A stretch of 57,599 bases of DNA, filler included, from Sphacelaria rigidula (lineage: Eukaryota), in assembly GCA_964200075.2 (NCBI GenBank). It is 4 parts of 4 records of this genome, joined end to end, with 100 filler letters (N's around TTAATTAATTAA, not from the genome) between each part and the next. Parts side by side here need not be neighbours in the genome. Positions count along the whole stretch, not along the records: positions 1 to 14,326 come from CAXNAA020002312.1; 3 more parts are not named here. One strand, given 5' to 3'. This document shows positions 1 through 13,300 of this stretch, piece by piece. The first letter of the stretch is position 1, and every line of letters begins with the position of its first letter. The translations under genes and the position numbers were made by a program. The notes under the pieces were generated by a model. That model was not told the origin of the DNA. It made no database searches and saw nothing but the letters and a program-made list of their open reading frames with translations.

Positions 1-245
1 GCTATCGATATATACAACCCAAAATCTATTGCGGTACACCATTTCCATCGATGGCGAGTGATCTTATCTATTGTAGTTGCCATAGGCTATCGATCGACTA
101 TTGAAACATCTATTGTTCCTTGCAATGCACATCGACAGATGTCTTTCACCATCTATCGTGTTCGATAATATATATATTGATAGATTTTTCCCCGTGTCTA
201 TTGCTGAAACAATGAACTATTATTGTGCCCACTGTCCAGGGTGTG
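1..245 (+). repeat. Fragment of a dispersed ATCGAT-rich repeat family
   Basis: Aligns by eye to ~18378-18622 (e.g. ccataggctat(c/t)gatcgact, ttttccccg(t/c)gtctat). Related segments lie at 15720-16540, 17850-18625 and 20751-22020. Confidence 0.75.
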
Positions 246-1967
246 GTATCTCATGACCCTGTCAGACTGCAAGGCTTGTCTGACATGCGGCGCCCGAGAA
301 CGGCCGCAGAACTCATGATTTCCTGCAGACCGTGAATTGGCTGTGTACCTCATTGCCGCGTATGGCAGAACTCGTAACTCCCTTGCGTTTTTTCCTCGAA
401 GAACTCATGGCGGGTGCTGCGAAGGGGACGAAGCGTGTGGCAAAAAACCGCGCTATTCCGCCTACATCGTGGACGGAGGGCAGACTGCAGGCGTGAGCGG
501 CAGCAAAGGATCTGGTGACTCATGCCGTGACGCTCTTCCATCCTCGTCCTGATTGTCAGGTGTTGATATCTTCAGATGCATCTGAGTGCCATTGGGGTAG
601 TTTTGTCACGCAGGTGCCTAAAGTTTGGATGCAACATCGCTTATTGGTCGAGGAAATGACGCATGAATTACTGGCTTTCCTCAGTCGTAGTTACAAGGGT
701 TCGCCGTTGCGTTGGGCCACAACTGACAAGGAACGTTTTGCTGTCGTGAGCACTTTTCGTCGCTTGGAGGATCTTTTGTGGGATGGCGTGCACATTTTCA
801 CGGATCACCGCAATATCGTGTATATTTTCAATCCGGAAGCGTGCGTGACGTCTGTGTCGAAGGCGTCGGCACAATGTTTGGAGAGTTGGAAATGTGTTCC
901 TGGCCAGTATCGTTACTCGATTTGCCATATTTCGGGTGACCGTAACGCTTGGGGTGACTTTCTTTCGCGCTGGGTGAATGTTCTGGATTCGCCTGTGGAC
1001 GCTGTGACTGTATATGGTCCGTGTGAACCTGATGGCTCGATGCCGTTCAAATCTGTTGTCTACCTGGCGCAACGGAAATAACTTGGGGCCGACGATGCGG
1101 ATGTGCAATCTTTCGAGTCGGACGTTGGTACTGCTATTTTGAACAATGAAAATCTGTTTCTTGTGCATGTGCGTGGCCGAAACGTTTTGTGGATTCCGAG
1201 TTCTGACAAGCAGTTGCAAGTACGTCTGATGATTTGAGCGCACATGCGTGACGCCGGGCATCGTGGGGTGGCTGCGACGCTCGTGCGCTTGCAAGCGTTT
1301 TGTGTCTGGCAGGGGATAGAACCTCATGTGCGCGAATTCGTCCGCCAGTGTCTTCACGGTGCTGACTCCAGGGCGGGCGATGTTGTTCCCCATCCACTCG
1401 GTGAAACGGCCCATGGGACCATGCCGTATTGAGTCGTTCATTTTGACTTCTCGTACGTGGGCAAGAGTGGCCCGCTAGCTTCCCAAGGTTTGTCGGAGGG
1501 TGCTGGGTTTCGATACATTATGGTAATCATGGATGATTTGAGCAACTTCGTGTCTCTGGAACCAGTAGCAATGTATACTGCTGAATTTACTGCTGCATCT
1601 TTGCTAAATTGGTGCAAGCCTTTGGGGATGCCGCGTGTGTGGGTGTTCAGACCGCCCATGTAGCTCGTTTGCGTGTTTAAGCATACTCGCTGCTTCATGT
1701 TACGGCTGACGTCAAGGACGTACTCCAGCACGTTTTCAATCAGAGGCAACTTCAGTTGGCTGGTATTGTCCGAGTGGCAGAAGCAGACGATCATTCGTTG
1801 GTCGTGTTGGTCGACTGGGTTGGTTGCGAAGTTGAGGTGCGTACGTGGGAGCCTTTCAAGGATATTTTAAGGCCGCTCCGGAATTTCTCACGAAGGAGTT
1901 GCGTAAATTGCGCGTGACTCGTGCCGTTGCTGCTCGCATTACGCGTGCGTTTGGTATTCAGTTGTGA
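245..1967 (+). mobile_element. 5'-truncated, degenerate Ty3/Gypsy pol: RT end, RNase H, integrase (internally deleted), chromodomain
   Basis: RT end HDPVRLQGLSDMRRP. RNase H SSDASECHWG...DKERFAVV...IFTDHRNIVY (ORF 515-1081). Integrase Zn finger AHMRDAGHRG...RQC and core VVHFDF...VIMDDLSNFV. It jumps at ~1645 to HVARLRV and a chromodomain-like VVLVDWVG...RTWEPFKDI. Several stops and frameshifts. Confidence 0.9.
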
Positions 1968-2041
1968 CTTGCTCATCGTTTTGGCGTTTTCTATGTGTCA
2001 AGCTTGTTGATCGATTTTCGTCCAACGCGTGTTGGGGGTGC

Positions 2042-2567
2042 TGTGACGAAATTACGCCGTTAGGTTGAGTTGGTAGTGGAGCCATGCTACGATACGCGCG
2101 GGGGGGTGTTCGATTCCACGAAAAAATGTGCTCATAGATGCGTCATACGACTTGAAACACTCGCGGTGCGCTTGTATTTGGGTACAAGCGGTGTGAGGCA
2201 GTATGAACAAACATTATTCATCGGGAGCAAGAGCGTTCGAACAACTGTCGGCTGCTTTCAACAGCGATTAAAGCAGAATTTCATCGAATAAAACGGCCCA
2301 AAATACCCCCCCCCCCCTATCGTAGCATGACTCAGTGATGATCTGGATAATGACCGGGGGTACGGGGATTCTGGAGGATTATGGGGGAATTCCGGATAAT
2401 GACCGGGGACACGGGGATGATACCCTGCGGATCGAGGAGGCTGTGTCTACAAGAGCACTCCGGGGAATGAGATGTTGTAAAGGTTGACAGCTGAAACTGA
2501 GGCCAGTGAGACGGGGGAGTCCCTCAACAGCAGTGATCCACCAGCTCTTCTTCTGGCTGGCGTCACA
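2042..2567 (+). mobile_element. 3' LTR of the 245-1967 Gypsy (~267 bp once the inserted MITE is removed)
   Basis: Follows a G-rich tract (gttgggggtgc, PPT-like). Starts TGTGACG (2042) and ends CGTCACA (2567), a perfect 7-bp terminal inverted repeat. Confidence 0.7.
2079..2333. mobile_element. 255-bp MITE with GAG...CTC termini and 4-bp TSD, inserted in the LTR
   Basis: TIR GAGCCATGCTACGATA / TATCGTAGCATGACTC, extended by G-run/C-run. AGTG is duplicated at 2075-2078 and 2334-2337. Confidence 0.85.
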
Positions 2568-4062
2568 CCCTGTAGATGCAAAATTGTTTCATGCGTGAAG
2601 AAAGTACGATTGGTGGATATGGGACGACGGGGTTTTCAAACCCCATTACTATAGGGAGCCAGGGTATACGTCGGCCATGAACTGTCAACAGTTAAGCGAT
2701 GAACACTGCTGTTGGAACATGCACTTGTAGTCCGTGTACGGAATTTCAACAGGAAAGACTCTCGAAAAGTTCTCGTCCTGCCCAAATGATTTGATAGGGA
2801 GGCAAGATGCGTTTGGGAAAATATCTGTAGTTTGAGTGTCATACGCTGGCAACAGCATCGTAGTCGGATTTGGATGGCAGAAGCTTCTCGCAAGTTCTGT
2901 TTCCGCCCAATTTCAGGTTGAAATAGTGGGCAAAACGAGGACTTCCGATAATCCTTCGCTATACATCTCCCACATGCTGGTGTATGGGATTTTACAGCAC
3001 TGAACAGAGGATTCTATAAAATCAGTTCACACTACAATAGCTTCACGCAGTAAGCTATACCCACTTGATAGAAAAGACTCTTGTTCACTCGTATTCGTTA
3101 TCGTTCTGTTCAATGCTCTCTCACGTTGATCTCCGGCTATAGCAATTGCTTAGCTGTCAGCTCCACTTTAGCGAGTGGGTCAAGAGGGCTCCGACTGGTT
3201 GGAAAAACCATGTCTGTACCTTTTACCAATCTAACATCCGTCCTAGTCAAGCTTGATCAGACCCGCAACTATAGAATCCCAGATTTGATCATAAACGCCT
3301 CCTAGCTTCATGACACTCGCCCATCCAGACGAACCTCTATTACAGTTGTGATGAGAAATCTCGAAAAGCAACGAAAATCGAAGTTCTTCTCTACGTCAAG
3401 TCATGAGCGACAAGGAACGCAACTCAATGCTATAAAAGCACTTGGCTATAGTGGGTGAAAAAAAGAGAAGGTGCACCCCAGACGACGAGGGCAACATCCA
3501 CTCCGTTGCCTGATCCTCTCACACCTCGAGCAAGGTAAGCGAAATCTGCTACCGAAAAGCGCAAGTGCGCTCGAAGACGCAGGAGCACACAATCCTGCTG
3601 CGGGCTAGCGAACTTAAGAGACGAACATCAAAAATGTTTCGACGTGCTGGCCAAAATAAAGAGGCAAAAGGGAAATCACACCAGGGGCACAACGTGTACG
3701 CTGATGGTACCGAAGTCAACCGCCGAATGGGCAATCACATGCGGCGAGCACATGGCGGCTGAGGAAAGCAAAGGAATCAGCAACTCAAAGACTGCAAGTA
3801 GTCCAGCGCCAGTCATACAAATCAAGAGCGAAAATACGAAAAGCTCCAGTAGCCGAGGATGAAGGTGCTCTAGGCGAGGCTCATTCGTGGTCCGACGTTG
3901 TGCGCTGAGGAACCTCCGGTTGTAGGCTGTTGAAGGAGTTGGTGGGCGGCACGGGTGTATCCTGAGTGATGGGAGCAGGGGGAAATATCTAACCAGCAGG
4001 GGAAGAGAAGAAACGAAAAAGGAAAAATGTCGTGGAGGGGGACGCAAGAGATCTGTGTAAGC

Positions 4063-4776
4063 TCAAAGCGGGGCGTTGACATCACGTGTGCGATGGGTAT
4101 TATGTGTTGAATTCCGCGGCGGAGGCCTTTGGACTTGAGTCGCTGAAGACACCAAGATCCTTTCGGTGCGGATGGACTTGTGGTGTAGCTCTGGGCGGAG
4201 TTTGAGGTGTACGGGTCCGGGGTCGTCGATGAAGCGCACGATGTATGTGTCAGGCGCGGTGAGGTCTACGGAGTTGGTCTGGCCCAACCACCAGAGGTTG
4301 TCGCCACCTTTGTACCACAAGTAAGCGCCTCTGGGGAGGACTTCCTGTTTCGCGCGAATCTTTTCTTCCCAATGCTTGGTGGGTACTAATTCATAGCCAT
4401 CAGCGACAAAGCGTAAACGTTTGTCACGATGGGGTTCACGTGCTGCTGCGCCGCGGCGCATCTTGCGATATTTCTTGTTGTTAGCAAGGTGTTGCTGCTG
4501 AGTCTGTGTCCAGTACAGGACAATAGCTCGGCGGTGCAGCTGAAGGTCGGATTCGCGTTTCCAAGATGCTCTCCGAAGGCCTTGCCAGTGAGTTTTGTAC
4601 GTGACAGCAATCTTACCGCCTCGACCGCGGGTGATCTGGTGACCAGAAATGTGGGACACGACGAGATGAAGGGGTTGTTCCGTCACATCGTCGGTAGTAA
4701 CGTGATAAAGCGGTGATTTGGTCGAATAGCTGTGAAGTACATACTGCGTAAGACCGGCAGGTAGATATTTGGGCAT
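4063..4776 (-). pseudogene. Integrase C-terminal tail: chromodomain-like module plus an extra beta-barrel-like module
   Basis: VSHISGHQITRGRGGKIAVTYKTHWQGLRRASWKRESDL resembles a chromodomain. It is followed by GAYLWYKGGDNLWWLGQTNSV...TYIVRFIDDPGP. Confidence 0.65.
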
Positions 4777-5960
4777 GTCTCTAGTGTCATGCGGATTGAT
4801 GCAAGGTTTACAACGGTGTACAGAGATGCGAGATTTGACGTCATGTCCTTGAAGATCGCGAGGAAGATCGAGATAAAGAAGTTTGTTACCAACAGGTTTG
4901 CCATCAGGTGATGATGGCGAGGGCCCTACCGTCAGAATCTTGAATGGTCCTGTTCAGTTGAGGGATAGCATAGTCTTCAAGGCTGTCTCGTTGGCGGCTC
5001 TGTCGGCGCCTTGGCGGATGGTTGACAAACTGTGGTAAATCCAGACCCAATCGCCAACCTTCCAAGTAGGTCGTTTGTGCATCAGATTGTAGAGAGCATT
5101 ATTAGCCCTCTCAAGGCGCGAGGCGTTGATAGCGTGTTGTTCACGCACGAGAGTGAAAGCTTTGCGCTGGCGTGCACGCGCCAGGTCATGGTAGGATATC
5201 TGATCCTGATCCAAGCCTTGGTGGTCATCAAAGGTGTGTCTCTCAAACACGGTGATGGGCAGGCGGGGGTAGCGGCCGAGATGTAACTCGTTTGGAGAAG
5301 GGCCGGTAGCAGCGTTGACCGAGTTGTTATAAGACAGCATAACATGTGAGAGATGGAGATCCCAATCGTTTTGTCGATCGTTGACTACCATAGACAGCAT
5401 CTGGGCCATGGTGTGGTTAATTCTTTCGGTACCACCGTTACCATTAGGGTGATAAGCGCTCGTGGCTATCTTTGGAATGCCCGGGAGCGTATACAGTTCG
5501 TCCGAGAGATCGAAGTAAAATTACTGACCATTGTCGGAGAGGAGCCGTTTCGGGCAACGATAGTGCTTGATACAGTCGTGAACTAAGATGTTAGCGGTGC
5601 CTGCCGCTGTGAAGTTTCCAGTGGTGACGACGTACATGGCTGCGTGACGGCTGAAACGGTCGGTAAAGAGCAAGATGTAGGTGTTGCCACGGTCAGTGGG
5701 CGGTAACGGACCGAAATAGTTGAAAGACACGAGGTGACCAGGAGCGTTGGGAGGTGCCATCGAAATGGCTGTCGTGATGTTTTGCGAGCTTGACAATTGA
5801 AGCATCGCCGAATCCAGAAGCGGGTGGACACTCCAATACCAATCCACCAGTAAAAGCGTTCGAGTAACGCTAACGTGCGCGTAACATCAAGGTGGCAAGA
5901 CAGGTCAGTGTGGCAGCCTTTCATTACCCACGGTCGCATACAAAATGGGACATATGTCCA
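4777..5960 (-). pseudogene. Integrase (HHCC, DDE core, GPF region)
   Basis: CHTDLSCH...CFNCQARK, LLFTDRFSR, LLSDNG, AYHPNGNGGTER, KVGDWVW and *TGPFKIL. Disrupted by a frameshift and stops. Confidence 0.92.
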
Positions 5961-6879
5961 AGTGGGTTCATCGTCGAGTAGGCGTGCATGACGTCCAGTG
6001 GGCGCGGATGAAGTTACACCCCGCTGAGGCGTAGGGCAGCGGACAAGCAGTTCGATTCCGTCATCAGATTTGAAGATAGTACCTTTACGTGCGAGTTCGT
6101 ACACTTCAGCGGCGTTTGGTGGTGGCAGTGTGCCAACCGGGGCCAATACATTGGCCTGGATAGGGGTAGGACAGCCAGCACGGAGGTACCGCATGGTAGC
6201 GCGGCATAATGGCTCTGCTTGTTTTTCACGAGCCCAATCACGATGGGAGTAACTGGCGAGAATTTCACGCAGTTGGCCTTCCGCCGGAGAGCCGACCAGA
6301 CATGGTGGCTCAGGAAGCGGTGGAACAGGTGACGGGGGGTAGGTGCCAACGTCGATGTATACATCGGGAGCATCAGAAGGGGTGGGCACTGACGGGGCTG
6401 CGGCGGGCGGTGTTGTCGCAGTAGTCCGCGCCGGAGATCGCGCTCGGCGCTTGTTGTGAGAATTGCGCGTGGCGGGTGTTGTCAAGGCTCGCGGTGCGGT
6501 GTGGCGGGGAGCCGGTGCTACGCTGCTCGCAGGAGCAGTAGGTGTTGTCGGTGGCGGCGGGGCGCAGGGAGGGTTAGCGCGGGCGGCAGACCGAGAGCGA
6601 GTATTGTCGGAAATGAGATGGACAACTGGAGGTGGCAAAACTGAAATATTTGCGCGAGGACCGATGGTCCGGAAATCGGCGAAATCGGCATCTGTGGGTT
6701 TTAGCCCATCCAAGACTGCATCATAAGGTAGGGGGCGAGGGCCGCTCATGTGCATACCCGTCTCTGGGCAATGAAGATCAAGGGCGTAAATGGGCGCTGA
6801 GAAACGCCGGATAGGGTACACGCCGGGCTCATCGGGTTCAGTTAGTCGGCAAGCGGGGCTGAAATCTACAGGCGTACGA

Positions 6880-8255
6880 GGGAGGGGTAAGCGGGAGAGA
6901 AGGTCAGCATTCCCGTTGGTTTTGCCAGGGCGGTGTTTGACAGTATACTGATAAGCTGTCAGGAACTCCAACCAGCGTTGCACATGCGGGTTATATTCGC
7001 CAACTTCGGCGAGTTGTTCAAGTTCTTCGTGATCCGTGTAGATTTGGAAAGGCACATGGAACAAATATTGTCGAAGGCGCTTTGTGGCCCAAGTGATGAC
7101 TCCGCCTTCCAGCACCAGTGGACTCCAGTTGGCCTTGTTTGGCAGGGTGGCGCGACTGATATAGAGGATGAATTGAATAGAGCCATCGATCTGACGTTGA
7201 TTCAGGACCGCGCCGAACCCGTCGGTGCTCGCGTTTGTATGTACTTGAAAGAGGCGAGAGCCGTCTTGTATGGCACCCTAGTTTGGAAAACAAAGGACTG
7301 GGTTTTCGGTGAGCGTTTTCAGCAAGTTGCGCACGATAGCTTCGATATCTTTGGTGAAGACAAACGCGGCACCATTCTTAAGCAAGTCCGTAACGGGGCG
7401 AATCCGTTTGGACAGGTTAGGCAAATATTTGCTATAGTGGGACAGTCCACCTAATAATGCGCGGGGCTGAGTAATGTTTGTGGGCATCGGCAACTCAGTC
7501 ATTGCCCTGACTTTGTTGGTTTCGGGGTGTAGACCCGCCGGTGTTATTGAGTGTCCCAGAAAATCCCGTTCAGTCGCGCCAAGGCGAGCTTTGGATGGAG
7601 AAAGTTTCAAATAATGTTTCCGCAGTCGAGAAAGAAACTTTCGTAAGGTGTGCACATGCGTAAGAGAGGAGGTATCAAATGCAATAGCGTCGTCCAAGTA
7701 CATGATGACGTGTTCGAGATTCTCTGTAACGCGTTGCAGTAAGCGTTGAAAACAATCTGGTGCAGTGGCGGCACCTTGTGGCATACGGAGCCATTCGTAG
7801 AACCCAGAAGATGTACAGAACGCTGTCAGTGGGACTGTATCAGGGTGGATGGCATTCTGGAAAACTCCAGAAGCGAGGTCGAAGGTACTGAATACTTTGC
7901 CTTCGCCTGGAGAGTCGAAAACTTCATCTATGCGAGGAATGGGAAGTTTCCCCGCTACAGTAACGCGATTTAGCCGTTGATAATTCACGGTGATGCGTAT
8001 GTTTCCATCCTTTTTGGGGACTACCACTAGCGGTGAGGCCCACGGAGAAGAGGGGTGTTGGATTAATACAGCACCTAAGTACGCATCGAAAATGGCGTTA
8101 ACCTTTTCGGTAAGGATGAGATTCGTCCGATATGGTCGGGAAGAGATTGGCGAAACGCCAGGTTGAAGGGTGAATTCAAAGGGCAGCGTTTTGCAATGCC
8201 CCAGATCCGTTTTAAATCGAGAAAATCGGTCTTGGTGCTCCAGTAAAATATCGCT
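6880..8255 (-). pseudogene. Reverse transcriptase + RNase H (with stops/frameshifts)
   Basis: SPWASPLVVVPKKDGNIRITVNYQRLN, FSTFDLASG, WLRMPQG, YLDD, FLGH. RNase H FQIYTDH...HRPGKTNGNADLLSR. Confidence 0.95.
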
Positions 8256-8792
8256 CTATTCTTTGATTACAGCGGGTTCCCAGCCGGGTCCATGCAGGTC
8301 AAAGTTGATGTCACGTAAATGGGGTGGAAGTTGATCCCACATGTGCAGGAGACGTGTCCGAGATTCTGGTGATAGTCGTTGCAGCACTTCAGCAGGAGGG
8401 TCGGACGTTGACGGTGCAGGGTCCACGGGGTGGATACGTGATGGAGACGAAGAGGTTACGTCGAAGTAAGGCTCATCAACGCAATTGACAGAACCGTCCG
8501 TCGGAGGCGCCGAGTCGGGCGTCGAGGTTTCAGTGGTACATGTTTCAAGTGGAATGTGCATGAGAGGAGCAGCAGCAATACCTAACATCTCCGGGTTCAA
8601 AATTAGCATGACCCGTGAGTGGCAAACGTTGTTTCCCTGAGGAGACAAAGTGCTCTGTGCCGGCAGGCGCACCAACCCGAGGAAGCATTCAGCGAGGTAA
8701 TGTCCCGTAAGGGCAGGCATGCTATTTCGGCGAACGAGGGCAGCTTCTAGCAGCTGAGGATCACCGGAGAGGGTAACACCAGCAGTACCATC

Positions 8793-9317
8793 TTATGGGA
8801 GGTGGTAAGTAGCTCCGGTAACTTGCTCATTCGTTTTATAGGCGAAGGCGCCGTGAAGAATACCGAAATGTTCAAGGTTGAGTTCTCCACGAGGCGTAGA
8901 CTGTGGCGATAATGGTGGTAGTGTGCGGTAGGTGCGTTGACCAAACTGCATGTAACTATCTCGGCCCATGAGTAAGGCGTGAGCCATGGTGCTGTCGGGG
9001 ACAACATATGCCCAGACTGCAAGGCTGACAGAACGAGTTGTGTTGTGAAATAATTGCACACTGAGACGAACTGATATTCGTGTGGTCAAAGGTGCGGTGG
9101 AGTCACCAAAACCGCCCCAGACTCGAGGCTTGGTGGTGGTGATTTCGCAAGCTGCTGAAGCAGCGCCAATCTGTTTCATATGTTCCCACATTGATTCACG
9201 AATAAAAGTTTGTGGGCTGCCGCTATCTGACAAAGAGACACATTCGACAGTCGTGGTTGCGTATGGTCCACAATGGAGCGCTACGCGAGTAGTAAAAGTG
9301 GCAGGATCAACAGACAC
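8793..9317 (-). pseudogene. Retropepsin-type aspartic protease of pol
   Basis: Active-site-like LSDSGSPQTFI and C-terminal ALLMGRD motif. Confidence 0.85.
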
Positions 9318-10374
9318 TTTATCGCCGACAAGATTCGGACCATGTTCAGCTAAGGTGAATTGATCAGAATCAGTAGTGCTGACGGCGAAAACGGACGGCG
9401 GGTGATCCGCCGGGGGTTCAACTTGCTCACCAGAAAGTTTGGTGGATGATGTGTGATCCCTAGAGTGAGCACAGCTCGGCTGGTCATTAGCAATTTTTTA
9501 TATGACCGTGTTGGGAAGGCAGGGATCAACGTCTAAAGTAGATCCATGTTGTTCAGTGTAGTCCGCAGAAGAGGTAGAAATATCCGAAATATCTTATTTG
9601 GATTCTTCTGGGACACTCGATAAATTCATCGAGCTCACAGTCGTTGCATTTTGGAGAGAGTGAGATCGAGATTTTCCACTCGAAGGAGGTGTACGTGTTG
9701 ATGCGCGCGCTTCAGTGGGGGCATGTTCACGGGGCTTCCTCTCTCGCCGTGACAAAGGGCGGGGAACTTTCAAAGTATTCGGGGAAAGCCCAACTGCGTC
9801 CAGTTGAGTGGATGGGGTCATCATCTGGGCATGCTCGGGCGGAGCTTTGTGGCCTGTCCACTGGCAAGCTTGACTGAGGAGACATAGCCGAAGGTATAGT
9901 AGGATAGTGTATGTGGGAACCAGTCAGGGGTAGCGTCGCATGGTGCAACGAACGCGAAGAATGAACTCGTTCGACCTGGGTGGGTGTTACATGGTCCGAA
10001 TCGGTCAAATTGTGACCAGCGACACTTGAATCCGTCGAGTGAATTACACTACTACCTGTGCGTACGGTCGCTGAGGACAGCCTTTGCCTCAGAGACGGGC
10101 AGTTGGTGTTCCCACACCTCAGACTTACGCTCAGTTCCGGAGGACCAAGTCCAGAGCCGAGGGTACGGCTAAGTTGTGGGTCAACGCAACTGTTACGCTG
10201 TGTGCGAAGAGGTGAAGACGGGGGTCGATATGAGCGGCCGTCATTAGTACTCCTGCATAGTGCCGGGGAGGTTGAGCGAAAAAATTTTGTCACTCGTTCC
10301 GCGGTTGGTGTTGCAATAGTCTTTGTGTGTGCTATCGGCGGCGTCGAAGACGTGAAAATGCCGGCGTCGGCATG

Positions 10375-13300
10375 TCATGGATCGGTACGATCAGTCATTA
10401 AGGAACCAGGGATTCTGGCGTTGGGGTTCGAGTGATTGTGATTCGGCCCCGTGCGCTGGTGTCTATCAGCGGAATTCCGGTGACGGTGAGAAGAAGTCTC
10501 TCTTCGCCGGGAGCCAGAGTTGTAGTTGTTGGGGCGACTGTCGCGATTCGAGCGAGTGTTGTCGCGGTTGTTGAAGGGGCGGCGAGAATGAGGGTTGGGT
10601 GTGCGATATTCACGCATGCGTTTCTGCCATCGGCGCCATGCTGGCTCATTATCCTGCAGCTCAGAGTTCATGAGGTCGAAAGAGTTGATACAAGGGCGAT
10701 TACAATCGCGCATACTGTGCCCTTGGGTGTTACAATTGATGCAACTATTTGCGTGGCGGCTGAAGGCCTCGTGTCTGGCAGCAGACGAGAGGAGGGGGTT
10801 CCACAAATGTGGATCACCTGTAGTAAACGCAGAGGTAGATACAGTGCATCCCAAGTCTCAGCGAAGTACGGCCATTCGTCAAAACTGGCGCTGAACGGAT
10901 CTCTCTTGTTTGCAACGCTCATGATGGAGCCGGCCACGGAGGAAGGCACCCACGAGGAACGAAGCGAAGTGTGAGGCCGGCTACGGGACCCTGAAGGGGT
11001 CGAAGAAGGCGCAGAAGCAGACTGTGAACGAACTGAAGCATACTTGTCGCCGCGAATGGCTGGCGTCAAATTATTTTCTTGATGGACAAACGCGCTCCAC
11101 ATCGCATCCACAAAGGCATTAGGCACTTCGCGGTGGCCTAAAGCACCTGGAAACAGCGACGGCATTAGAGTCGGGTACTACTCGGACACACTATTCCTCA
11201 CATATGATTGACACATTGCGTCCGACGGGCCAGTCTGGCGACCTACTCCCATAGTACTGGAAACGAGAAGCTTGAATTCTCGTAGGTAGTCCGCGAAGGG
11301 GACATCTGTTGCGACACCGAAAGAACTAAGTCGTTGTATAGCACTCCCTTGAGTGCTGCGATCGAAGTAGTCGGTCAAGCGGCGCTCCAGATCACGGAGT
11401 AAATCCGGGCCTGACTTCCCCGAGGCGCGGTCCGCATCCATAGCGGCCATGAAACCATCAAGGACTTGTGTCAAAGCAGCGGCAGTCTCGGGCGAGCGAC
11501 GGTTGATTGCGCGGTGCAGAGCTTTATGAAGAGGGGTCTGCCAACCATCAACCCAATTGGAAATTTCGAAACGTTGAGCACCCGTAGAATCTGCTCGCTG
11601 AAGGATATTTCGAAGAGTGCGACGTATAGATGTGATGAGAGCAGAAGTGAATCGTCCCGAGTCTTCGTTGTCTGCTGCAGGCTTGGGTTTTACATGCCAA
11701 AGTGTTTTTTACGTCCGTTTGGATGTATTCTCTCTGGATTGCGGTGGTGCGGGCGGATTCCGCTCAAGCGGCGGTTGCTGCTGCACTAGCGGCGGCTTGC
11801 TCTCGGTCGGCGGCAGCGGCGGCCAGAGTGCGAGTCGAAGTGGAAGACAACAGTTTATCCGAGTTGTCGTCCGAAAGGCCTAAAATCTGACGCGAAACAT
11901 CTGCTAGATGCGGTGTAGCGCGACGTAGGTCTGGAGAAGCCGACGCGGGCGAGTTCATGGCGCACCGAATCCTGGGCTTGGTGGAAGAAGAGCTCGACGA
12001 GCCGTTACTCTGGTGTGTCTTGTTCAAACTAGTGGTGGGACGGGTTACACGGTGTGGTTGGGTTCTCCCAGAGGAGGAGCTTGAACCTCCGTGGTGGTCG
12101 CGAGAATCACCGCGGCGATTGCGCTCATGATCGGCAACATCATGTCTGTGGCGTCGGCGGCGAGGAGTCACCGAGATCCAGTCGTCATCAACTTGGGCTG
12201 TGGCGGATTTGAAGGCGGCGCGCAATGCGTCGAAGAGCTCGACAATGGACAGTTCGTAAGGGGTGGTGGTTTGTTCGATGTGGCGGACTAATTGGCCAAT
12301 GGTAATCGAAGAGAGACCATCGGAAGGGCAGACCCCATCGTGTTCCAGGTAGGGAGCGGCTGCGTTTTGGAGTGGTCGAACGAGCGCTAGCCAAGCGTCG
12401 CGAGAGCTTTGCAAAGGATTTGAGGGGGTGTACTTGCTCGCAAGAGTCTGCACAGAAAGCGTGAACCAAGGGATGTCATCGCAGTGCAGGGAGAAGCGGC
12501 GCAGTTCAGCACTAGTGACGGGGCGGGCGGTCGAAGTTGGGGGGGTGGGGGTGGCGTGCGGTAGGAGCGAGGAGCGGCTACGGCGTGAGAGGCGCGTGAG
12601 CGCTCCTCCTCTAGTTCGCGGCGAGGAGCGGGATACTCCTCGGTGGAAAGTGTAGACGCAGCTGCATCTGTGTTGCGTTGCCGATTGACTGGGTTATTCA
12701 TGGCCGGTGCATGGTCAGCATAGTCACGGATGAGTTGTTCTTAGGCAGTGCGATCATGGTCCATGAAAATACGCGGGAGCAGCCAGAAGGGGCATTGCTC
12801 CGGACCCAACTGTGGGCGGCCCTGCTGCGACGAAGGCGCAGGGTTGGACGGCGCGAGAGTAGATGCAGGGGGGGTTGAAGCGGGTGCGAGTGCACAAGAA
12901 GCCCGGAAGCCAGTATCGGTACCACTATCGGCGTCAGTGTCGGCGACGGTGGCAGTCGCGGCGGTGGCGGCAGCGGGAGATGGGGCCGGGACAGCAGAAA
13001 CTGCGGCGTTGGGGGCTGCGGTGGGGGGCGGAGATATGGGGTTGTCCACAAGTGTTTGTACTGTGCGCTGTAAATCGCCAAGTTGTCGCCGTAAGGAACG
13101 GATGACTGCAGTGTCAGAGCGAGAAGACCTATTGCGTGTGAGGCAAGCACGGCGACTGCGATGGTGTGAGTCGTAGGGCGGTTGGTCGCTGGAATGCGCG
13201 ATCGACGATTCCTCTGATGAAGGAAGATCTGAAAAGAGACCCCTCATAGTGTCCGCGTGCACAGTAACGCTATTACGTGGGGAGCGCCGACGTGAAGAAA

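Noticed and set aside
2837..3326. 3' LTR of the minus-strand Gypsy (GGATGGGCGAG then TGTCATGA...TATGACA on the minus strand)
   Set aside because: There is only a 6-bp terminal match and an imperfect PPT, with no matching sequence before the 14327 gap, so it cannot be confirmed.
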